From contig JAVJQW010000060.1 of NCBI GenBank assembly GCA_040218735.1, positions 1 through 64,000 on the forward strand: a stretch of 64,000 nucleotides of DNA, in the 5' to 3' direction. This DNA is from Deltaproteobacteria bacterium (GTDB taxonomy: Bacteria > Myxococcota > Kuafuiibacteriia > Kuafuiibacteriales > Kuafuiibacteriaceae). A program made the translations under genes and the position numbers. Positions 39,133-52,296 of this stretch are shown piece by piece; position 1 is the stretch's first letter, and every line of letters starts with the position of its first letter. Under the pieces are notes generated by a model. The model was given only the letters and a program-made list of their open reading frames with translations, searched no databases and was not told the DNA's origin.

Positions 39133-40725
39133 CTACCGGCGACGCCGTCGCGCGCACCACAGCGCGCAGAGCACCAGCCCCACGACGAGCCCGGGCGATC
39201 GGCGGCGTCCGTGCGTCGCGCACGCGCAGCCCTCGTCGAGCTCGACCTCGTCCGGCGCGGTGACCGTTCCGCCGTCACGGACGACCCCCGCGTCGAGCGT
39301 GCCCGCGTCGACGACACCGGCGTCCGGCGCGGGCATCGTGCAGTCCTCCCGCCCCCGCGTCACGTCGACGGTCACCGCGGTCCAGCCCTTCGACCGCGCG
39401 CCCTCCCGTCGCTGCGCCACGGCGAGGATCTGCGTCTCGCCGTCGGCCGCCCACGCGTGGCAGCGAAGGATCACGCCGTCCGCGCTCTGTTCCACGACGC
39501 GACCGTTCACGAGGAGCGTGAGGTCGAACCGCTCGCCCTCCGCGTCACCGACGACGCCGATCTCCACCGCCCCGTCGATCACGTCGCCGTCCGCGACGCC
39601 GATCAGCTCGACGGTCGGCCGGTCCGCGTAGGGCGCCGCCATCGGATCGCCGAGCACGAGGTTGCGCCAGTACACGAACGGCATGCGCTTCAGGTACGCC
39701 TCCGCGAGGGTGTAGCCGTCGACGTAGTCGACGAGCAGGTGCCGCGACGGGAAGCAGTTGTTGAGCGGCTCCGCGACCGCCCCGTGCGCGCCCGCCACGC
39801 CCTGCTCGACCCAACGGGCGATGGAGACTTGCGCCTCGTCCTCGGGCGCACCGAAGTTCGCGGGGACCGCGCCCAGGCTCGTGAGGTTGTCGACGATCGC
39901 GCCCGGCCGAAACGTGTTGCCCTCGATCGTCGTGTCGAGCCGCGCCGTCCCCACGAAGAACGCCGCGAGGGTGTGGCCGGTCTCGTCGCGTGAGAACGCG
40001 GGCCGCGAGACGTCCGTGAACCCGCGCGCGTCGAGCGCGGCCATCACCGCGTCGTACTCACGATCGAGCACCCCCCGCGCGTTGTCGGCGCCGTCCATCA
40101 GCATGAACGTTCCGTCAGCGCCGCCGAGCGCCTCCGCGGTGGTGGCGCTCGCGATGAGCCGCTCGACGTCCCGCTCCGTGCGCGCGTCGAGCGCGGTGAC
40201 GAGTCGTAACGACCACTCCACGTTCTGGCCCGTCGCGACGAAACCGGGCTCGAACGGCCCGTCGCGGTACGGGTTGCGCCACGTCGCGGAGTAACACGGG
40301 GTGTTGCCGCACATGACCCGCACGCCGGCCGGCTGCCCGACGAAGTCCGCGCCGGTCGAGGTCCGCGAACCGCTCACCCCCAGCACCGCCGCGAGGGACG
40401 CGACGCCCCCCTGTAGGTTCACGCGCTGGGGCACGCCGCGCACGAGCACGACCGCCTCGATTCGATCCCACGCTTCGCCGAGGCACGCGACGAGCGGCGC
40501 CTCCAGCGCGTCGCGGAACACGGCGACATCGATGGTGGCCTGCGTCGGGAGGTCGAGCAGGCACACGTGCTCCCGTGGGATGTCGCGCGCCGCGCGGTAG
40601 CGCTCGGCGAGCCGCACGCTCGCATCGTCGTTGACGTTCGCGACGACCGCGACCGAGTCGGGCCCCGGCACCGCCCACGCGGCGCTCGGCGCGAGCCCGA
40701 CGACGATCGCGATCAGGCGTCTCAT
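39133..40725 (-). CDS. TIGR03790-like protein with MYXO-CTERM-like tail
   Basis: [24 protein letters not shown] motifs; C-terminal GCAC + TM + RRRR. Confidence 0.8.
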   Translation of the reverse strand: MRRLIAIVVGLAPSAAWAVPGPDSVAVVANVNDDASVRLAERYRAARDIPREHVCLLDLPTQATIDVAVFRDALEAPLVACLGEAWDRIEAVVLVRGVPQRVNLQGGVASLAAVLGVSGSRTSTGADFVGQPAGVRVMCGNTPCYSATWRNPYRDGPFEPGFVATGQNVEWSLRLVTALDARTERDVERLIASATTAEALGGADGTFMLMDGADNARGVLDREYDAVMAALDARGFTDVSRPAFSRDETGHTLAAFFVGTARLDTTIEGNTFRPGAIVDNLTSLGAVPANFGAPEDEAQVSIARWVEQGVAGAHGAVAEPLNNCFPSRHLLVDYVDGYTLAEAYLKRMPFVYWRNLVLGDPMAAPYADRPTVELIGVADGDVIDGAVEIGVVGDAEGERFDLTLLVNGRVVEQSADGVILRCHAWAADGETQILAVAQRREGARSKGWTAVTVDVTRGREDCTMPAPDAGVVDAGTLDAGVVRDGGTVTAPDEVELDEGCACATHGRRRSPGLVVGLVLCALWCARRRRR

Positions 40726-42152
40726 ACTTCGAGGAGCAGTCGCGTCGGGTGCTCGACGAGGTCCTTGATCTTCACGAGGAAGGTCACTGCTTCGCGGCCG
40801 TCGACGAGGCGGTGATCGTACGTCAGCGCGACGTACATCATCGGGCGGATCACGACCTGCCCGTCCACCGCGACCGGTCGCTCCTGAATCGCGTGCATCC
40901 CGAGGATGCCGCTCTGCGGCGGGTTCACGATCGGCGTCGACATCAGCGATCCGTAGACGCCGCCGTTGCTGATCGTGAAGGTCCCGCCCTCGAGCTCGTC
41001 GATCGAGAGTTTGTTGTCGCGCGCGCGTTTGCCGTAGTCGGCGATCGTCTTTTCGACCTGCGCGAATGACATCCGCTCTGCGTCCCGGATCACCGGCACG
41101 ACGAGCCCGCGCCCGCCGCCCACGGCGACGCCGATGTCGTAGTAGTCGTGGTACACGATCTCGTTTCCGTCGATGAACCCGTTGATCGCCGGGAACGCCT
41201 TGAGCGCCTCGATCGCCGCCTTCACGAAGAAGGACATGAACCCGAGCTTGATGCCGTGCCGCTCGACGAACTGCGGCTGGTACTGCTTCCGCAGCGACAT
41301 CACCTCGCTCATGTCGATCTCGTTGAACGTCGTCAGCAGCGCCGCCTCTTGCTGCGCCCCGACCAACCGCTCCGCGATCCGCGACCGCATCCGCGTCATC
41401 CGCACCCGCTCCACCGAACGCGGCCCGGCCTGCGGCGGCGCCTGAACCTTCTCGCGGTCGCCGTCGAGATCGTCCATCGTGACGCGCCCGCCGTTGGGCT
41501 TGAGGGAAGCGGGGGCGATGCCGCGCTCACGCAACGCGCGCCGAACAGCCGGAGAAGCCTGAACCTCCGAAACACCCCCGGACGTCGGCGGAGCCACGGG
41601 AGCCGGCGCTCCCCCGGTCCCGGTACCGGTCCCGGTCCGGGTCCCGGATTCGTCCGAAGCGTCGGCCTTGGGCGCGGACTGGGAATCGGACCCGGAATCG
41701 GATCCGGATGCGGATCCGGATGCGGATCCGGAAGCGGATCCGGAAGCGGATCCGGACAGGGAAACGGTCTCGGACTCGGAACCGGAACCGGTACCTGAAT
41801 GGGAACCCGAGCCCGAGCCGGAACCCGAACCCGAACCCGAACCCGAACCCGAACCCGAACCCGAACCCGAAGCCCCGGCCGAATCGGGACCCGGACCGGT
41901 ACGGGTACCGGAGGTGGCCTCCTCCATGTAGGCGACCACCTCTCCGACCTCCGCCACGTCTCCTGCTTTTTTCAGGATCTTGGTGATCTTGCCGGCCACC
42001 GGGGCCACCAGATCCACATTCGCCTTGTCCGTCTCGATCACCGCCACGGTCTCGTCGAGCGACGCCGAGCTCCCGACGTCCTTCACCCACTCCGCGATCG
42101 TGACTTCGGTGATCGACTCACCCGCCGACGGAATCTTCAGTTCGATGGCCAT
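40722..42152 (-). CDS. sucB: Dihydrolipoamide succinyltransferase (ODH E2) with long Gly/Ser linker
   Basis: Lipoyl [36 protein letters not shown]. Confidence 0.95.
   Translation of the reverse strand: MAIELKIPSAGESITEVTIAEWVKDVGSSASLDETVAVIETDKANVDLVAPVAGKITKILKKAGDVAEVGEVVAYMEEATSGTRTGPGPDSAGASGSGSGSGSGSGSGSGSGSGSGSHSGTGSGSESETVSLSGSASGSASGSASGSASGSDSGSDSQSAPKADASDESGTRTGTGTGTGGAPAPVAPPTSGGVSEVQASPAVRRALRERGIAPASLKPNGGRVTMDDLDGDREKVQAPPQAGPRSVERVRMTRMRSRIAERLVGAQQEAALLTTFNEIDMSEVMSLRKQYQPQFVERHGIKLGFMSFFVKAAIEALKAFPAINGFIDGNEIVYHDYYDIGVAVGGGRGLVVPVIRDAERMSFAQVEKTIADYGKRARDNKLSIDELEGGTFTISNGGVYGSLMSTPIVNPPQSGILGMHAIQERPVAVDGQVVIRPMMYVALTYDHRLVDGREAVTFLVKIKDLVEHPTRLLLEV
41615..41905. repeat. 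Hexanucleotide-based low-complexity tract encoding the SucB GS/GT linker
   Basis: (GAACCC)n at about 41821-41870, GGATCCGGATGC/GGATCCGGAAGC 12-mers at about 41700-41755. Confidence 0.85.
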
Positions 42153-45365
<3,213 letters not shown>

Positions 45366-45423
45366 GTTCGAACGTGTACCGCTATCAGTGGGTGCTCACA
45401 AGCTGGTAGGAAGCGTCCAGCCC

Positions 45424-46488
45424 ATGCGTCGCTGCCCTCGCTGTACCTATCCCCTGATGCTGTTCGTCCACGAAGGCGAGGAGCTGGATCACTGCCGTCG
45501 TTGCGGTGGGAACTTCCTCGACCCGGGTGAAGCCGAACGCCTCTTCGGCGCGCACGCGGGCCCCGATCAGTGGCGCGAGAGCTTCGCGGCGAAGTCGAAG
45601 GGTGAGACCGACCTCCTTTGCCCGAAGGACCGCACACCCATGGAGGCGTTCGAGGTCGAGTTCGAGAAGGACAAGGTCGAGGTCGACCTGTGCGCGCGCT
45701 GCGCGGGGCTGTGGCTGGACGGACGCGAAGGCTTCGTCCTTCAGCGCATCGTGCAGAACGCGGAGGTGCACGCAGAGCAACGCGCGAGCGGACAGATCAA
45801 ACCCGGCGCGGCGAGCTACGTCTTCCAGCTCCTCACGGGGTTCCCGGTCGAAGCGTGGAACCCCGTCAAGCGAACGCCCTACGTGGTGTACACGCTGCTC
45901 GTCGTCCTGGTGGTGACATTCCTCGCGCAGATCACCTTGATGCCGAACGACCCGAAGTGGCTCGCGCAGTACGGTGGGTTCTTCTTCCTCGTCCCGTCCG
46001 AGTTCATCCACGGCGAGCACATCTGGACGATCATCACCTGCGCGTTCTTCCACGGCGGGTTCATGCACCTCGCCGGCAACGCGTACTTTCTGTGGATCTT
46101 CGGTGACAACGTCGAGGACGAGCTCGGCGCGACGCGTTTCATCACCCTCTACGTCATCTCGATGATCTGCGGGAGCCTGCTGCACTTCGCGTTCAACGCG
46201 GACAGCTCCATCCCGATGCTCGGCGCCTCGGGTGCGATCGCCGGCGTGATGGGCGCCTACCTGGTGCTGTTCCCGAAGGTGAAGCTGTACGTGATGATCG
46301 TCGTCTTCCGCCTGCGCATCGGCGTGTACTGGTACCTGGGTTTCTGGATCGCGTACCAGCTCGTGATGTTCGCGATGGGCGGCCAAGGCGTCGCATGGCT
46401 CGCGCACGCCGGCGGGTTCTTCGCCGGTGCGATCTGCGCGTGGATCTTCAAGGGCGCCACCGACCACGAGACCAAGGTCGCGGTCTGA
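45424..46488 (+). CDS. Rhomboid intramembrane protease with two N-terminal TFIIB-type zinc ribbons
   Basis: CPRC..CRRC and CPKD..CARC; HGG..HL.GN, GASGA, AHAGG. Confidence 0.9.
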   Translation: MRRCPRCTYPLMLFVHEGEELDHCRRCGGNFLDPGEAERLFGAHAGPDQWRESFAAKSKGETDLLCPKDRTPMEAFEVEFEKDKVEVDLCARCAGLWLDGREGFVLQRIVQNAEVHAEQRASGQIKPGAASYVFQLLTGFPVEAWNPVKRTPYVVYTLLVVLVVTFLAQITLMPNDPKWLAQYGGFFFLVPSEFIHGEHIWTIITCAFFHGGFMHLAGNAYFLWIFGDNVEDELGATRFITLYVISMICGSLLHFAFNADSSIPMLGASGAIAGVMGAYLVLFPKVKLYVMIVVFRLRIGVYWYLGFWIAYQLVMFAMGGQGVAWLAHAGGFFAGAICAWIFKGATDHETKVAV

Positions 46489-46514
46489 CGCGCCCCGGTG
46501 CTACCGTGGCGTGA

Positions 46515-47249
46515 ATGAGCTCCAAGAACGCCGTCGCCGGGGGCGGGCTCGTGGCCGCGATCGGGGCCATGCTCGCGGGCGGCCTCGACGACTGCGCCCG
46601 CCTCGTCGCACGCTCCGGCGACGACGTCGCGCGCTTCTCCGCGCGGTCGGGTGACGACGTCCTGCGCGTCGGCGCCGGCGCCTCGGACGACCTCGCGCGG
46701 CTGCCGGCCCGCGCCGCCGACGACGTCGTGGTGACCGGCGCCCACGCGGACGAGCTCGTCGCGCTCACCGACGACGTCGGCCGCGCCGCCGACTCGAAAG
46801 CGACGCGCATCTTCGACGGCGCGAGCTACGCCTCGGACCTCGCCGACTTCCTCGACGTCGAGCCGATCGGCGACGCAGCACCACCGCAGCACGCTACGGT
46901 CGTCGTGCGTCCGAGCGCACCGTACGAGTTCGAACGGACCTTCCAACGCACGCCGCGCGGCCAGGAGATGGCAGCGCTGAACGCGCTCGGGGGCGAACGC
47001 GTCGACCAAGCGATGCTCCGTTCGCTCATCCGCGCGGCGTCCGCCACGGCGGTGTCCGGGTTGGTGGTCGTGGCCTACGCGCCGCGGGGCGCCATCGTGT
47101 TCCCCGACGGCTCCACGTTGGCGTTCTCGGCGTTGGATGCGATCGCGAAGATCAGCGGGGTGCGGGTCGCGGTCGTGACGATCGGTGAGCCCGACCCGGG
47201 TGAGGCGGGGGCGGCCTACCGCGACGCGCTCTCACGCTTGCCGCAGTGA
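46515..47249 (+). CDS. Hypothetical protein with repeated A(R)xxDD motifs
   Basis: ATG start, hydrophobic N-terminus, ARSGDDV repeats; fills the gap on the coding strand. Confidence 0.55.
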   Translation: MSSKNAVAGGGLVAAIGAMLAGGLDDCARLVARSGDDVARFSARSGDDVLRVGAGASDDLARLPARAADDVVVTGAHADELVALTDDVGRAADSKATRIFDGASYASDLADFLDVEPIGDAAPPQHATVVVRPSAPYEFERTFQRTPRGQEMAALNALGGERVDQAMLRSLIRAASATAVSGLVVVAYAPRGAIVFPDGSTLAFSALDAIAKISGVRVAVVTIGEPDPGEAGAAYRDALSRLPQ

Positions 47250-47268
47250 CGGCCGCCCCGAGGCGGTC

Positions 47269-48540
47269 CTAAGTGCACTGGCCGGTGGCCAGGTTGCAGG
47301 TCTGTCCGGTGTTGCAGTCCGCGTCCGCGGTGCAGTTCGGGAGGCAGACGCCGATCCCCATGCCGCCCGAGAGGTCCGGGCACTGGTAACCCATCCGGCA
47401 GACACCCGCGCCGTTGTTCGACGGCATGCAGCCCTGGAAACACGCCGTCGTGCCCTGCTGGTCGATCGTAACGCAGTACTTGTTCGTCCCGCACTCCGAG
47501 TCGGCGCGGCAGCCAATCGCGGTGCAGTAACCGCCAACCCACGGCGTCGCCATGCCACCGTCGTCCGCCAGGAAGCAGAACGCCTGGAGCGTGCCCGCGT
47601 TGCAGTCGGCGTCCGCCATGCACGGGTTGCCGGCGTCGGTCTCCTGCGTCTGCACGCAGACCTGCGCGTTGATCTCGGCGCAGCTGAGCGCCGCGACGGC
47701 CTCCGGCATGAAGCCCTGCGGATCCATCAGGCACGCGTTCACACACGCCTGCTCGTCGTAGGTGCCGGGGCACTGCATCTGCGCGCAGTTGAAGACGTGG
47801 TTGCACGCCTGCTGGCAGGTCGTGCCCATCATCTCCGTCTGGCACTCCGAGTCGCAGCCGTCGCCGCTCGTGGTGTTGCCGTCGTCGCAGGTCTCACCCG
47901 CCTCGACCAGGCCGTTGCCACAGACCGCCATACCCTCGGTCTGGCACGTCGACGAGCAGCCGTCGCCGCTGGTGGTGTTGCCATCGTCGCAGGTCTCACC
48001 CGCCTCGACCAGGCCGTTGCCGCACACCGCGCCGCCTTCGGTCTGGCACGTGGACGAACAGCCGTCGCCGCTGGTGGTGTTGCCGTCGTCGCAGGTCTCA
48101 CCCGCCTCGACGGTACCGTTGCCACACACCGCGCCGCCTTCGGTCTGACACGTCGCCGAACAGCCGTCGCCGCTGGTGGTGTTGCCGTCGTCGCACTGCT
48201 CGCCGGCGTCGAGCGTTCCATTGCCGCAGTTCGCGGCGTTCTCGAGCTGACAGGCCGCGGAGCAGCCGTCGCCGCCGGCCGTGTTGCCGTCGTCGCACTG
48301 CTCGCCGGTCTCGACCACGTTGTTGCCGCAGGTCGCGCTGCTGTTTTCGATCGTGCAGGCCGCGGAGCAGCCGTCACCGTTGGTGCGGTTGCCGTCGTCG
48401 CACTCTTCGGTGGACTGAAGGTTGCCGTCGCCGCAGCCGACGAAGACGACGTTGCCGTCGCCGCGGCGGTCGTCCGAGCAGGACGTCAGCGCTATCGCGG
48501 ACAGCGCGAGCGTGAAGGTCAGGGTTGTCTTGAGCAACAT
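47269..48540 (-). CDS. Myxococcus cysteine-rich repeat (DUF4215-type) lipoprotein
   Basis: LTSC lipobox; six CG(N/D)xxxxxxExCDDGNxxxGDGC repeats. Confidence 0.9.
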   Translation of the reverse strand: MLLKTTLTFTLALSAIALTSCSDDRRGDGNVVFVGCGDGNLQSTEECDDGNRTNGDGCSAACTIENSSATCGNNVVETGEQCDDGNTAGGDGCSAACQLENAANCGNGTLDAGEQCDDGNTTSGDGCSATCQTEGGAVCGNGTVEAGETCDDGNTTSGDGCSSTCQTEGGAVCGNGLVEAGETCDDGNTTSGDGCSSTCQTEGMAVCGNGLVEAGETCDDGNTTSGDGCDSECQTEMMGTTCQQACNHVFNCAQMQCPGTYDEQACVNACLMDPQGFMPEAVAALSCAEINAQVCVQTQETDAGNPCMADADCNAGTLQAFCFLADDGGMATPWVGGYCTAIGCRADSECGTNKYCVTIDQQGTTACFQGCMPSNNGAGVCRMGYQCPDLSGGMGIGVCLPNCTADADCNTGQTCNLATGQCT

Positions 48541-48666
48541 CGGGAGACTCCGTTCTCGGTAGTTCGTCGATGCGGTCGTCCCAGACCGGCACCGAGCGTC
48601 GAAAACGGGGGTAGCACCACCGTACCGCGATGGGGAAGGCGTCGATGTACCGAAAGGTTTGGCCCG

Positions 48667-49764
48667 TCAGACGGCACCCTGCTCGATGAGGCGCTTGATG
48701 TCGTGGACCTTGAGCTTGTGGACGAAGGTCCTCAACGGCATCTTGAGCCGCTTCGCCGCCGCCGTCTGGTTGTGGTCCTCGAGCCGTAGCGCCCGCACGA
48801 GCACCTTGATCTCGTGTTTCGCCATCTCCGTCTTGAAATCGAGCAGCTCCTCGGGCGCGACCTCGTCGATCGCCGCCTGCACCGAGGGGGCCTCGATGTG
48901 CTCGGGCCGCGGCGCCGGGACCTCCTCGGGGGCCTCGAACATCTGCGGCACGAGCGCCCGCAGATCCAGCTCGACCGTCGCCCCACCCTCGCGGATCTGC
49001 TCCGGGAGGTGCTCGGGGCGGATCCAGCCGCACGAGGTCACGACGACCGCGCGCTCGATCGTATTCTTGAGCTCGCGGACGTTGCCCGGCCAGTCGTAGC
49101 TCATCAACATCGCGACGGCCTCGGGCTCGATCCCCTCGATCGCCACGTGGTTCGCCGCCGCCGCGATCTCCGCGAAGCGGTGCGCGAGCGGGAGGATGTC
49201 CTCGAGGCGCTGCCGCAGCGAAGGCACGCGCAGCGTTATGACGTTCAGACGGTAGTAGAGATCCCAACGGAAGGTGCCCTGACGGCACATCGCTTCGAGG
49301 TCGCGATGGGTCGCGGCGACGATGCGGACGTCGATCTCCACCTCGGACGTCGCGCCGACGCGCACCAGGCGCTTCGTCTCGAGCACCCGGAGCAGGCTGG
49401 CCTGCGCTTCGAGGGGGAGCTCGCCGATCTCGTCGAGGAACAGCGTCCCGTGGTCCGCCGCCTCGAAGACCCCCTTGCTCTGCTGCATCGCACCGGTGAA
49501 CGCACCGCGCTCGTAGCCGAACAACGTGCTCTCGATCAGCTGCGGTGACATGCCGCCGCAGTTCAGACAGACGATCGGCTGGCTCGCGCGCGGACCGCGC
49601 TCGTGGATCTGGCGCGCGATGACCTCTTTGCCGGTGCCCGTCTCGCCGAACACCATGACGGGCACGACGGCCTGCGCCACCTTGTCGACGGTCGCGAAGA
49701 CCTCCTTCATGGCCCCGCTGGCCGCGATCGGTCGGTGTTCCGGAGCGTGCATCGGTCCGCCCAC
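48667..49764 (-). CDS. Sigma54-dependent enhancer-binding protein lacking an N-terminal sensor domain
   Basis: GETGTGKE, GAFTGA, FLDEIGE, WPGNVREL, C-terminal Fis-type HTH; in-frame stop about 60 nt upstream of the start. Confidence 0.92.
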   Translation of the reverse strand: MGGPMHAPEHRPIAASGAMKEVFATVDKVAQAVVPVMVFGETGTGKEVIARQIHERGPRASQPIVCLNCGGMSPQLIESTLFGYERGAFTGAMQQSKGVFEAADHGTLFLDEIGELPLEAQASLLRVLETKRLVRVGATSEVEIDVRIVAATHRDLEAMCRQGTFRWDLYYRLNVITLRVPSLRQRLEDILPLAHRFAEIAAAANHVAIEGIEPEAVAMLMSYDWPGNVRELKNTIERAVVVTSCGWIRPEHLPEQIREGGATVELDLRALVPQMFEAPEEVPAPRPEHIEAPSVQAAIDEVAPEELLDFKTEMAKHEIKVLVRALRLEDHNQTAAAKRLKMPLRTFVHKLKVHDIKRLIEQGAV

Positions 49765-49925
49765 TCGAATCGGGTCCAGGGGGCGGGCAGTGGAGGGTCG
49801 GCCGGGCGGACGGATCGAATTGGGTCACCCGGCCCCGAAGAGAGGGGGTGCGGCGACGACGGCTGGGCCCAGCTCCCAGCCGCCGCCGTCGCGGGGTTTC
49901 GCTACAGGGGGTGTAGAGATTGGGT

Positions 49926-50369
49926 TCAGCGGTTCGCGAGAATCGGGGAGCGCTTCTGGACGCGGACGCTCATCACCACGCGGTCGTCGTTGGCGAGGTA
50001 GGCGATGCGGACGGGCTTGTCGAAGCACTCGTTGACGTTATTGCGGGCGACGCAGCGCCAGCGCGGGAGGTCGCGGTCACTCGACTCCGAGCGAATCTCG
50101 AAGACGACCTCGGCCTTCGAATCGATCTTCTCGTTCATCGCGGAGAACGTGACAGCCTTCTTGCCGGGTGTGCGCTCACGAACGATGCGGGACTCGTGGA
50201 AGTCGTCCATCTCCACGGCGGTGACGCGTTTGTCGCCGAGGTCGAGCTCGGGCGCCGGGCGCTCCGCCCGCGCTTCGGTAGCGACGCCGAGCACCGCGCA
50301 CATCGACACGGCGGAGGCCACGCCGAGGAGCTTGTTGAGGAGGTTGGTCTTGCTGGGGGTACGGTTCAT
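49926..50369 (-). CDS. Secreted hypothetical protein
   Basis: AAAGGAAA RBS, signal peptide ending ARA, one Cys pair. Confidence 0.7.
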   Translation of the reverse strand: MNRTPSKTNLLNKLLGVASAVSMCAVLGVATEARAERPAPELDLGDKRVTAVEMDDFHESRIVRERTPGKKAVTFSAMNEKIDSKAEVVFEIRSESSDRDLPRWRCVARNNVNECFDKPVRIAYLANDDRVVMSVRVQKRSPILANR

Positions 50370-50417
50370 CGCTTGGTTTCCTTTCGTCAGCGTTGCTCGC
50401 TGGGTGACTTGGACTAG

Positions 50418-50434
50418 AGCAGGCACCGTGCCAA
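50418..50434 (-). promoter_or_regulatory. Sigma54 (-24/-12) promoter
   Basis: TTGGCACGGTGCCTGCT matches TGGCAC-N5-(T/C)TGC(A/T). Confidence 0.8.
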
Positions 50435-50717
50435 CGCCGTGAGGCCTTGTTGCGCGTGTTTCGTGTGTTCTTTTGAAACGAATCGCGGGTAGGGCCCTGT
50501 GGTTCGGGCAAGCGCTTGCGCGATCGAGGGGGCAACGCTTTGCGCTCGCACCTTTCTGTCAGGCAAACCAGACGGTGAGCGCGTTGCGCCGAACGGCGGT
50601 GCGCGTCGCCGTGAACGCCGACCGTCGGCCCGACGTGGGCACGAGTGGCACAGGGGCCGAGGTCGGCGCAGGGGTTGGTAGGTCACATGTGGCAGCGAGA
50701 TCCGCGGCGCGAGGTGA

Positions 50718-51638
50718 TCAGCGCGCGATGGACTGGATGAGGTTCTTCGCCGTCTCGTTGTACTTGTCGATGATCTGGCGAAGCATGTCGAACATCTGCG
50801 AGCGCTTGTCGATGAGGCGCTTCAGCTTCATCGTCTCGACGTCGATCGACGGGGCCGAGCCACCGCCCTTCCCGCCGCCGCCTTTTCCACCGCCCTTGCC
50901 GCCGCTCTGCTGCTGCTGAAGGGCGTTGATGTAGTTCGCCTGCGCTTCGATCTGCTTGTCCATCTGCTTCATGATGATCATGAGCATCAGGGCGACCTTG
51001 TCCTCGACGGTGAGCGCGGGGTCGCTCAAGACCGAGCTCGCGCTCCCGCCGCCACCGCATCCGGACGAGGACGGGGCGGAGCCGCCACACCGGTTCGAGC
51101 CGCCGCCGCCGCAACAGTTCGCGAGGCCGTTCATCATCGCGTTCGAATAACCCTGCGGCTGCCCTGCGAGCATCTCACGCACCATCTGCCGCGCCGGGCT
51201 GCTCCCGACGTCCGGCGACGAGCCCCCCGTGAACGGCTGCACACGCAGCTGTCCGTCGGGGCCGGGCTGGATGCGGCCGCCGAGCATGCGCTCGACCATC
51301 TGACGCCCGAAGGGGTCGGCGCGCAGGAAGCGCTGCAGGCGACTCATCGAGCTGGGATCGAGGTCCGAGAACGACGGCGCCTCGGGCGCGTACCCGAGCG
51401 GCGTGAACCCGTTCGGCCGGGGCATCCCACGGCCCGGCGCGATGATGCCGCTGCGCATCAGCGAGCGGAGCTGCTCCGGGCCGAAGCCGGAGAGGCTCGC
51501 GAGGTTGGCGGAGAGCGCCATCAGATCCTCGGGCCGGCCCCCCTGACCGGCGAGCTGCTGCGCGATCGCGGGGCCGTCGAGGCCCAGCTGGTTGAAGAGA
51601 TCCGCTGCGGTGCGGAAGCGACGAACGTTGAAACCCAT
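50718..51638 (-). CDS. Hypothetical protein with C-terminal helical hairpin resembling T3SS filament/needle proteins
   Basis: AGGAGG RBS before ATG 51638; ends MKLKRLIDKRSQMFDMLRQIIDKYNETAKNLIQSIAR; no signal peptide. Confidence 0.7.
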   Translation of the reverse strand: MGFNVRRFRTAADLFNQLGLDGPAIAQQLAGQGGRPEDLMALSANLASLSGFGPEQLRSLMRSGIIAPGRGMPRPNGFTPLGYAPEAPSFSDLDPSSMSRLQRFLRADPFGRQMVERMLGGRIQPGPDGQLRVQPFTGGSSPDVGSSPARQMVREMLAGQPQGYSNAMMNGLANCCGGGGSNRCGGSAPSSSGCGGGGSASSVLSDPALTVEDKVALMLMIIMKQMDKQIEAQANYINALQQQQSGGKGGGKGGGGKGGGSAPSIDVETMKLKRLIDKRSQMFDMLRQIIDKYNETAKNLIQSIAR

Positions 51639-51666
51639 CCTGGAAGTTCCTCCTGGCGTGACGTAG

Positions 51667-51683
51667 TGCACGCGAGGGGCCAA
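51667..51683 (-). promoter_or_regulatory. Probable sigma54 promoter
   Basis: TTGGCCCCTCGCGTGCA with correct GG-N10-GC spacing, 28 nt before the ATG. Confidence 0.6.
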
Positions 51684-51747
51684 CGGGGGGTGGGGGTTCG
51701 GTGTCGTCGCGGTGGTGAACCGGTGGTGAGGTTGTGCGTTTTCTCTG

Positions 51748-51790
51748 GCCCCGGGTCGGGACCCGGACCGGAACCGGGACCCGGACCGGG
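51748..51790. repeat. Intergenic CCGG(A/G)-type short tandem repeat
   Basis: gccccgggtcgggacccggaccggaaccgggacccggaccggg. Confidence 0.6.
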
Positions 51791-51801
51791 TGTGGGGGGC
51801 G

Positions 51802-52296
51802 TCAGTGCGTACGGAGGTACTCGCGCGCGAAGTCCGTGCTCTTTTCGTAGGAGGCGCGGATCTCCTGCCCGATGATGTCCTCGATCTTCTTGCCGACGAG
51901 CGCGACCTTCACGATCACCTCGCCGTCGATCTTCCGCACGCACGAGTCCGGCGTGGGGCCCGGCTCGATCACGTAGGTGCCCTTCGCGGTGACGCGATCG
52001 GCGAGCTTGGACGGGATGACCTCCCACTGGCTCGTGCGCGACTTCGCGTCGGAGCGCTCCACCAGCTCGTAGGACAGCGCCTTCGCGCCGACGACCTTCG
52101 CGATCGGGCCCGGCAGCTCCTTGTCGCTCGTGATGCGCGAGCGCGCGTGCAGGACGCCGTCCTCCACGCGCGACTCGATGGTGACACGCTGCATCGTGCT
52201 CCCCTGCCCGACCGCGGCTTCGTAAGCGTCGCTCATGAGGAGCGACCAGGCGGTGTCGGCGTCGCGGGGCAGCTCGTGGACGAGCGAGAACTTCAT
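51802..52296 (-). CDS. DUF2505 / START-like family protein
   Basis: MKFSLVHE..., GEVIVKVALVGKKIE pattern; ATGA overlap with the upstream gene. Confidence 0.75.
   Translation of the reverse strand: MKFSLVHELPRDADTAWSLLMSDAYEAAVGQGSTMQRVTIESRVEDGVLHARSRITSDKELPGPIAKVVGAKALSYELVERSDAKSRTSQWEVIPSKLADRVTAKGTYVIEPGPTPDSCVRKIDGEVIVKVALVGKKIEDIIGQEIRASYEKSTDFAREYLRTH

Noticed and set aside
47836-48440. Regular ~120-bp repeats resembling an array
   Set aside because: In-frame coding Cys-rich repeats; no constant-repeat/unique-spacer structure and no cas genes, so not CRISPR.
48610-48630. Possible sigma54 promoter upstream of the Cys-rich repeat gene
   Set aside because: CGGTAC..GTGCT spacing is one base short.
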